This document shows, piece by piece, positions 9,273-16,638 of a DNA stretch of 54,140 nt. Position 1 is the stretch's first letter, and the number at the start of each line of letters is the position of its first letter. The position numbers and the translations under genes were made by a program. The stretch spans positions 1 through 54,140 of the forward strand of contig CAZQLQ010000006.1 in NCBI GenBank assembly GCA_964594415.1. The letters run 5' to 3'. Below the pieces are notes generated by a model that saw only the letters and a list, made by a program, of their open reading frames with translations, was not told the DNA's origin and did no database searches. Origin of the DNA: an uncultured Candidatus Saccharibacteria bacterium. Its GTDB lineage: Bacteria; Patescibacteriota; CPR2; UBA1875; CAIMLA01.

Positions 9273-9345
9273 TGGTGAACCCTACCCTCCTTCGTAATAC
9301 TACGGAACGGGCAGGCAGGACTTCCTCCAGAGGCGGATAAACTTC
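9273..9345 (-). pseudogene. Degenerate tRNA-Ala 3' fragment interrupted by palindromic inserts
   Basis: tggtgaaccctac-[cctccttcgtaatactacggaacgggcaggc]-aggact versus tggtggaccctacaggact at 9402. Confidence 0.55.
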
Positions 9346-9369
9346 TCGTCCTTAGCAAAATTAACCATC

Positions 9370-9391
9370 AAAAAACCCACCACGTTGGGTG
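9370..9391 (-). terminator. Terminator candidate downstream of the tRNA-Ala locus
   Basis: accca-acgtgg-tgggt hairpin plus TTTTTT on the minus strand. Confidence 0.55.
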
Positions 9392-9401
9392 AGTTGTTTG
9401 A

Positions 9402-9497
9402 TGGTGGACCCTACAGGACTCGAACCTGCCACCTCCTCGGTGCAAACGAGGCGCTCCCCGCCCGTACCGAACGGTACGTTCGGGCGGGTACCAGATG
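9402..9497 (-). pseudogene. 3' part of the outer (split) tRNA-Ala(TGC): D-loop with 32-nt insert, anticodon arm, T arm, acceptor 3' strand and CCA
   Basis: Reverse complement catctggta[32 nt]gagcgcctcgtttgcaccgaggaggtggcaggttcgagtcctgtagggtccacca; lacks nt 1-12. Confidence 0.9.
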
Positions 9498-9501
9498 GAC
9501 T

Positions 9502-9631
9502 TAATAAAATAGAGTTTGCTGAATAATTGGTGGACCTGACAGGACTCGAACCTGCTACCTCCTCGGTGCAAACGAGGCGCTCTACCAGGTGAGCTACAGG
9601 CCCGCGTTATTCAGCAAACTCTATTTTATTA
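9502..9631. repeat. Perfect 25-bp inverted repeat (9502-9526 / 9607-9631) enclosing tRNA-Ala
   Basis: taataaaatagagtttgctgaataa and its exact reverse complement. Confidence 0.95.
9528..9603 (-). tRNA. tRNA-Ala(TGC), intact inner copy
   Basis: 76-nt cloverleaf, G3:U70, anticodon loop TT-TGC-AC, encoded CCA. Confidence 0.97.
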
Positions 9632-9635
9632 TCAG

Positions 9636-9878
9636 TTATTCTTCGATAATTTTGTTTATAAACCTTCTACCAGCCGCCGATTTAAAGTACTTTTCTCTAA
9701 TCAGCGCCTCGTTCAAAGTTTCAACTTTTTCATAGTATTTAATTTTTAATTTACCCTTCATTTTAGAAGTAGTTTTTGTGTGACCTCCGTTATGCTCCTG
9801 CAACCTTCTTTTGAGATTGTTTGTGTATCCTTTATATAAGGTGCCGATTTCGTCTTCTAAGATATATACGTAATACAT
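9636..9878 (-). CDS. Small stand-alone GIY-YIG endonuclease (YhbQ/UPF0213-like)
   Basis: YYVYIL...LYKGYT-NL-RRL-EHN...YYE...EA-IREKYFKS; conserved Y/R/H/E residues present. Confidence 0.92.
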   Translation of the reverse strand: MYYVYILEDEIGTLYKGYTNNLKRRLQEHNGGHTKTTSKMKGKLKIKYYEKVETLNEALIREKYFKSAAGRRFINKIIEE

Positions 9879-9901
9879 GCTTGATATTTTACCACAACCT
9901 T

Positions 9902-9962
9902 AGGCGCTCCCCGCCCGTACCGAACGGTACGTTCGGGCGGGTACCAGATGAGCTAAGGGCCC
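9902..9962 (-). pseudogene. 5' part of the outer (split) tRNA-Ala: acceptor 5' strand and D arm with 32-nt insert
   Basis: gggcccttagctcatctggta[32 nt]gagcgcct; acceptor gggccct pairs perfectly with agggtcc of the 9402 piece; 9902-9950 is identical to 9449-9497. Confidence 0.9.
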
Positions 9963-10169
9963 TCATCGAAATCCGCTGTCAAGCTTCTTAAATAGCTTTC
10001 ACTATTTATTTCGCTTTTACGCGATTTCTCCTCTTCCCCTAAAAATCTACGATTTTTGGGGACCCCACAGAAACGAACTAAATTTCAAAAAATTCTTAAA
10101 ACCTTTTTGTACTTTCGCAACGCTTCCTTTTTCGCAAAAATTTATAATTTTTTGCGAGATGACTTATGT

Positions 10170-10198
10170 ATTTTACTCTTTTAAAAGGATTTTTTCAA
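10170..10198 (-). promoter_or_regulatory. Sigma70 promoter upstream of the split tRNA-Ala/GIY-YIG unit
   Basis: TTGAAA-17-TAAAAT. Confidence 0.6.
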
Positions 10199-10204
10199 GC
10201 TAGA

Positions 10205-10453
10205 TTACATTGCCCCAAGAGAACCGAGTAATCCGTCATAGATGTAATCAGCAACGCCAATCATCACCAGAATAGAGACAATAATCATTAGTGTGCCGAG
10301 AATTCTATAAAAAGTATAGGTCCCTGCCGGGCCAAGGTATTCCTCCGCAAATCCTATGCGAAAAGTATTATCAACAATTTGATGCGTATACGCAACAAAG
10401 CTTGTTCCGAGTGCTATACCAATAATCCCAAAGATAAACTTTCCTATTGTCAT
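10205..10453 (-). CDS. Conserved small 2-TM protein (AEEYLGPAGTY motif)
   Basis: 82 aa, SD aggagg; family recognised as common in CPR genomes (from memory). Confidence 0.75.
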   Translation of the reverse strand: MTIGKFIFGIIGIALGTSFVAYTHQIVDNTFRIGFAEEYLGPAGTYTFYRILGTLMIIVSILVMIGVADYIYDGLLGSLGAM

Positions 10454-10578
10454 ACCCCTCCTGTTGAATTAGTTTACCCGTCGAGAAAATTTCTAATTTT
10501 CTCGATAAAGGAGGAAACGCGATAAGTTGCAGTAATTTTATTATTTAAAATTATGAAACCTGCCAGCAGTTTCCGACG

Positions 10579-10655
10579 TGGTGGGCGATCGAGGACTTGA
10601 ACCTCGGACCTCGTCATTATCAGTGACGCGCTCTAACCACCTGAGCTAATCGCCC
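10579..10655 (-). tRNA. tRNA-Ile(GAT)
   Basis: 77-nt cloverleaf, anticodon arm cgtca-CTGATAA-tgacg, encoded CCA. Confidence 0.97.
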
Positions 10656-10680
10656 GTGAAATCAATTTTCAACACATAAT

Positions 10681-10709
10681 ATTTTACCAAATAAAGGGCA
10701 ATATTTCAA
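10681..10709 (-). promoter_or_regulatory. Sigma70 promoter of tRNA-Ile
   Basis: TTGAAA-17-TAAAAT about 25 nt upstream of the tRNA. Confidence 0.65.
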
Positions 10710-10765
10710 CAAGTAAGTGAGATGTACAAAAAGTCCATCGAAAGTAATATAAGGTTTAAGATGGA

Positions 10766-11230
10766 GCAGTTCTCACATTCGTTCGAACAATAAACCCCTT
10801 GAAAAACTGTTCGTCCCGAGGACCGACTATTTTAAAAAGAAGTTCAGTTTTTCTTGAACTTTGCATCACTTTCTTTCAAGAGAAAGTGAGAAAAGAAATT
10901 AGATTCTTCGACTTCGCTCAGAATGACACTATTTTGTCATCCTGAGGGAGCGGAGCGATTCGAAGGATCTAGAGATCCCTCGACAGGCTCTCCGACGGAG
11001 TCCGACACGAACTCATCGGAGTCGTCGGACGGGATGACATAGGGAAGGAGTGGATCCCTGGAATGACGCCAGGGATGACCACAGCACTATAAAAAAGTGC
11101 TGGGCGAAGCAGAGAAATAGGTAGATCCCCGCGTGCGCGAGGATGACATAGGGAAGGAGTGGATCCCTGGAATGACGCCAGGGATGACAAAAAACATTAT
11201 AAAAGTAGTTCTCTGATTCGCCTCGAACAT
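10766..11230. repeat. Second mosaic cluster of REP-like palindromes
   Basis: Same units as 1-470; direct repeat of about 40 nt (catagggaaggagtggatccctggaatgacgccagggatgac) at ~11038 and ~11146; 10795-10839 matches 54087-54131 with one mismatch. Confidence 0.9.
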
Positions 11231-11264
11231 GATTGGCATTGTAAAGATGCGGGGGTAAACAATT

Positions 11265-11293
11265 AAAAAACTCCACACAAGGCGGAGTTTTTT
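11265..11293 (-). terminator. Bidirectional-type terminator just downstream of the 16S processing stem
   Basis: aaaaaactcc-acacaaggc-ggagtttttt. Confidence 0.7.
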
Positions 11294-11297
11294 CGGC

Positions 11298-12938
<1,641 letters not shown>

Positions 12939-13027
12939 TACTAAACTTTAGACGCATAAAAGATTACATAGCTCATTACTGAGCTGTTTTTATGCTCATT
13001 TTTTATTCATTTGTCTAAAGCAAAACA

Positions 13028-13056
13028 ATATTATCAATTTTGAGGTAAAATGTCAA
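13028..13056 (-). promoter_or_regulatory. 16S promoter
   Basis: TTGACA-17-TAATAT. Confidence 0.75.
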
Positions 13057-13103
13057 GCATAATTTAAGAAATTATTTGCCTCGAAGCCTTAACAGAAATT
13101 ATC

Positions 13104-13541
13104 TTACCTTTTCTTCTTCTTAGGAAGCCATTTTTCCTTGCGCTGAATGTTTCTAAAATCAAATATCTCTTCCTTTATTTTCTTTCTTCTGTGATAAAGA
13201 AAATAAAAATTATACCCAACGACTGTTAATAGTATCAGATAGCTCCAAATTCTCCATGACAAAGTGGCAAGACGCTCAAAACGGAAAAACCAGAATACAA
13301 GTCCTACTAATACAATACCTCCATTAACCCAAATGAACTCAGAAGCATATTTCTCGATTGGCCTATCAGTTTTTGATTGTTTATAAAAATAGAAATAAGC
13401 AAAACAAAATACATAAATAAGAAAAATATATAACCCGAGCCAATACCAAATAGCTTTTGTATCAGGAGGGACGGAGAAAAAATATTCTGTATTAAATCTA
13501 GACAAAAAATTAGTTATTTTCGTCGTCATCATCACCACCAA
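13104..13541 (-). CDS. Hypothetical 3-TM membrane protein; start uncertain
   Basis: Three hydrophobic segments, basic C-terminus WLPKKKKR. Confidence 0.75.
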   Translation of the reverse strand: MVVMMTTKITNFLSRFNTEYFFSVPPDTKAIWYWLGLYIFLIYVFCFAYFYFYKQSKTDRPIEKYASEFIWVNGGIVLVGLVFWFFRFERLATLSWRIWSYLILLTVVGYNFYFLYHRRKKIKEEIFDFRNIQRKEKWLPKKKKR

Positions 13542-13734
13542 AATAATCTATTTCCGTGTCACAGTGTGAACAATAAATTCTGCCGTCTTCGTTTATCATC
13601 CTGTTGCCGCATTTTTCACAAATAGGAGAAATAAACCCATCCTCATCATCCATAGCAGTCGCATTGTCCAGCTTAATTATTAATTCATCACCGCTTATAT
13701 TTTTCTGCTCTTCTATTCCCATATCCACCTCCAA
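13510..13734 (-). CDS. Small Zn-ribbon protein
   Basis: CEKC...CSHC, acidic tail, SD ggagg. Confidence 0.65.
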   Translation of the reverse strand: MEVDMGIEEQKNISGDELIIKLDNATAMDDEDGFISPICEKCGNRMINEDGRIYCSHCDTEIDYFGGDDDDENN

Positions 13735-13840
13735 GCTTATTATACCTAAAACCAGGCATAAATAAAGAGATTTTCAAACAATTAACGAAAAGGTCAAAGA
13801 TGACCCCTTCGTTAATAATTAGTATTTTGTACTTATTTGT

Positions 13841-15742
13841 TTATTTTTTGTTTTTACCGTTTCCGTTGCCGCCCTTTTTCTCGATCGTTACAACAGGCTC
13901 TTCTTCCTCTTCAGGTTTTTGTACCCAGAAAAGATACCCGCCTAGTGCTAGAAGGAAAATTAAAGCGATGATCCCCCAGGTAGGGAATTCTTTTTCGTCG
14001 CTTTCATTGTCCTCTCCGTCTATAGGAGCAGTGGTATCGGTTGTACTGTCAGCTTTTACTTCTCCAGTTACCTCAGTCGTATCCCCTTCGCTGGCATTAA
14101 CAACCTCACTTGTTGAAGCACTGCCAGAATAATAAGAATAAGAGTAAGTAACAGGTTTTGCCGCAGGAACAGAAATATAAACAGGCATTGTTGTGGTTTC
14201 ATTCCCAGCTGCATCAACAACAATAATCTGATATGAATAGGTCTTCCCCTTTAATACTGTACCGTCCTCAAAATAATTTACTTTTCCTGGATTAAAAGTA
14301 ACAGTTTCTGAACCTGACTTCCTGATTATTTTTATGTGATCAAAAGTCGCAGCGTCTGGATTTGTCCAACTGATTATGACGCTATTGCTAGTTTGTGAAT
14401 ACCTAATTACTAAATTGTTAGCTGCACTAGGCGCCTTGGTATCAATAGTTAGCTCTTCATCGTAAGTAGCTTTGTTCCCATAGACGTCTTCCGTGTCCAA
14501 AACTACGTCATGCAGTCCTTCTTCCAAAACATCAGCGATTTCAATAGTCCAAGTATTACCATTTATTGTAGCTTCGCCACCTATATCCTCACCGTCAATA
14601 GTAATCCACAGTGTAGCTTCCGGATCATCAATAGTTCCTGAAAGAATTGGGCTTGTACTATTAACAGCCTTGGTGACCAAAGCTGCTTTAGGAGCCGTAT
14701 CGTCAATTTTTATCGTTTGAATCTTTGAACTTTTTCCGATTATTTTTGAAGCGTCTATGTCGAATAATATATAGCTTATCTCATAGATTCCACCTTTTAT
14801 AATGTTCATTTCCTCAAAGACTATTTCTAAACCGTTTTTTATTTCTTCTTTTTCTGAAGAAAAATCTTCTGGGTTTTCTGGATATCCGATTACCAAAACG
14901 CTTGCATCGGTGATAGCAAGATCAGCTAGCTCTTCGCTGGTCGCAAGCAACTCATCAGCCTCATCACCATCAATCATTATATCTGCAGGATTGATAGCTG
15001 CTTTATCTTTTCTGGAAATTAGAGTATAAATCTTTGCCTCATCGTTACTGACATCATCATAAAGATTGCCTTTGATAGTTACCGTATCATCAAAAGATTC
15101 AGTAGCCCCATATATGGCTTCGGGAGTGGTTCCCGTAACGTCTAGGCTAGTTTCCGCAATTGTGATAACTTGAGAAACAAGGCTTTGTCCAATTTTTACA
15201 AAACCCTCTTCTACGTCATCTAAATCGGGACCAGAATATACATAATACGAGACACTATATACACCTTTTTTTGCAAAGGTTAATTTGCCTGAGTCTAGGT
15301 AGCCAAGGCCTTCTATGTCATCTTTCTTTGAATCTAACGAAAATCCATCGTCATTACCAAAAGCAATAACTAGGTCGTCAGAATCTACCAAAGCTTTTTG
15401 TTCGCTGTCTGATGATAAAACCTCTACCCCATCAGCTTCTAGATTTGTCGAGTCAATTGCAACAGGATTGGAAGGAACAGTCACATCCTTAATAACTCCA
15501 TAAATCCTAGCATCGTTTTCCTCAACATCCTCAAAAACCGTTCCCTGAACTTTCACTCCGAATTCAAATTCGGTATTGAGCCCTTGAATCAAACTGTTTC
15601 CCTCAATTGATGGAGTTACAGTCAAATTCGTCGTTGTTATAGGGGCCGAAGCATAAGCGCTACCGACACCTAGAAATGCTAATTGCATAACCAAAAGAAC
15701 ATTTGTAGCAATAGCAATTTTTCGCATTATCCCTTTTAACAT
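13841..15742 (-). CDS. Surface protein: signal peptide, duplicated acidic domain, Ig-like, FN3, S/T linker, C-terminal TM
   Basis: DDTAP..SPILSGTIDD (Ig-like), SWTNP...YSYQIIVVDAAGN (FN3), TM FPTWGIIALIFLLALGGYLFW. Confidence 0.85.
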   Translation of the reverse strand: MLKGIMRKIAIATNVLLVMQLAFLGVGSAYASAPITTTNLTVTPSIEGNSLIQGLNTEFEFGVKVQGTVFEDVEENDARIYGVIKDVTVPSNPVAIDSTNLEADGVEVLSSDSEQKALVDSDDLVIAFGNDDGFSLDSKKDDIEGLGYLDSGKLTFAKKGVYSVSYYVYSGPDLDDVEEGFVKIGQSLVSQVITIAETSLDVTGTTPEAIYGATESFDDTVTIKGNLYDDVSNDEAKIYTLISRKDKAAINPADIMIDGDEADELLATSEELADLAITDASVLVIGYPENPEDFSSEKEEIKNGLEIVFEEMNIIKGGIYEISYILFDIDASKIIGKSSKIQTIKIDDTAPKAALVTKAVNSTSPILSGTIDDPEATLWITIDGEDIGGEATINGNTWTIEIADVLEEGLHDVVLDTEDVYGNKATYDEELTIDTKAPSAANNLVIRYSQTSNSVIISWTNPDAATFDHIKIIRKSGSETVTFNPGKVNYFEDGTVLKGKTYSYQIIVVDAAGNETTTMPVYISVPAAKPVTYSYSYYSGSASTSEVVNASEGDTTEVTGEVKADSTTDTTAPIDGEDNESDEKEFPTWGIIALIFLLALGGYLFWVQKPEEEEEPVVTIEKKGGNGNGKNKK

Positions 15743-15967
15743 TTTTCCTCCTTTTATCTTTGAATCCTTAAGTTATTCTGAGAAAAGTTGAAGAATCTTT
15801 GAAATACTTCAATAAATCCAGTATAACTTTTTTTATAAACTTTCTAATACTAATAGACAATTAATGATTTGTTTTGTTTTTATTATTTATTTATTTCGGA
15901 AATAGACAAACTAAAAACCGAACACCCTCCCTCCAAGTTGTATATTTTTTGACAATAAAAACTTCGA

Positions 15968-16068
15968 GGAACTGTGATCGGTTTCACCACTTGCTATTTC
16001 CCATAGGCACTTGTGAACAACCGAGTCCAACAACAGTATCGCACCCATAAGTCAAAGCAATCACTTCC
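15968..16068 (-). ncRNA. Candidate c-di-GMP-II-like riboswitch (variant), leader of the 633-aa surface protein
   Basis: P1 ggaa-gtga/tcac-ttcc, P2 tgct/agca, TGA/GGA K-turn-like element, P3, loop tcggt..ttcac complementary to 3' gtgaa-accga. Confidence 0.55.
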
Positions 16069-16168
16069 TTATATAGATATATAGATTTGTGATTAAAATT
16101 TGTTTTTGTTTTGCTCAGGTTTTGTTTTTATTTCTGTACCCCTTGTTTCCAAAAGGTTTGTAAAATTG

Positions 16169-16196
16169 ATTATAACAACATTACAGATTATGTCAA
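16169..16196 (-). promoter_or_regulatory. Sigma70 promoter upstream of leader A
   Basis: TTGACA-16-(TG)TATAAT. Confidence 0.7.
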
Positions 16197-16264
16197 CATT
16201 CAAAACCAACTATATTTATAGAAACTGCTATCAGCTTAAACAAAAATCGGTTGGGCGAAAAGAA

Positions 16265-16432
16265 CTAGTCCTTTTTAAAAAACTTTGTTTTTGCCGTACT
16301 ATAAACTTCCCCGCCTTTCTTATAAGCCTTTCTTGGAACAGTAGAAACAGAGGAAAGCAGATTCTTTGCCTTATAGACAACAAACCTAACAGACTCTTTT
16401 CTTGATCTGTTTTCAGATGATTTTCTATCCAT
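16265..16432 (-). CDS. Putative 55-aa basic peptide (below the ORF-track cutoff)
   Basis: AAGGAGG SD, ATG, MDRKSSENRSRK...KFFKKD. Confidence 0.4.
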   Translation of the reverse strand: MDRKSSENRSRKESVRFVVYKAKNLLSSVSTVPRKAYKKGGEVYSTAKTKFFKKD

Positions 16433-16612
16433 AGGTGCCTCCTTCTTTGTTAGTTTGCTTGCTTTTATTTTACCAAGTAGCTGATAAATAACAACTAGAC
16501 AAAATTTTGTTTATTTCGTATCAGTTTTAAATACTTTTATTTTTCTAACGCAGTGTGAAGTTCTCAAGATTAATAGTTCTCGTAATCACTCAATCGGTAA
16601 TCTCTATTTTAA

Positions 16613-16632
16613 AAGGGGCCTTACGGCCCCTT
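16613..16632 (-). terminator. GC-rich hairpin after the InlB-repeat gene
   Basis: aaggggcc-gtaa-ggcccctt followed by tt. Confidence 0.7.
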
Positions 16633-16638
16633 AAGTTT

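Noticed and set aside
9498-9901. Group I/II intron with homing endonuclease in tRNA-Ala
   Set aside because: After the ORF and inner tRNA there is too little sequence left for a ribozyme core, no group I/II boundary motifs were seen, and a 49-bp duplication is not produced by intron insertion.
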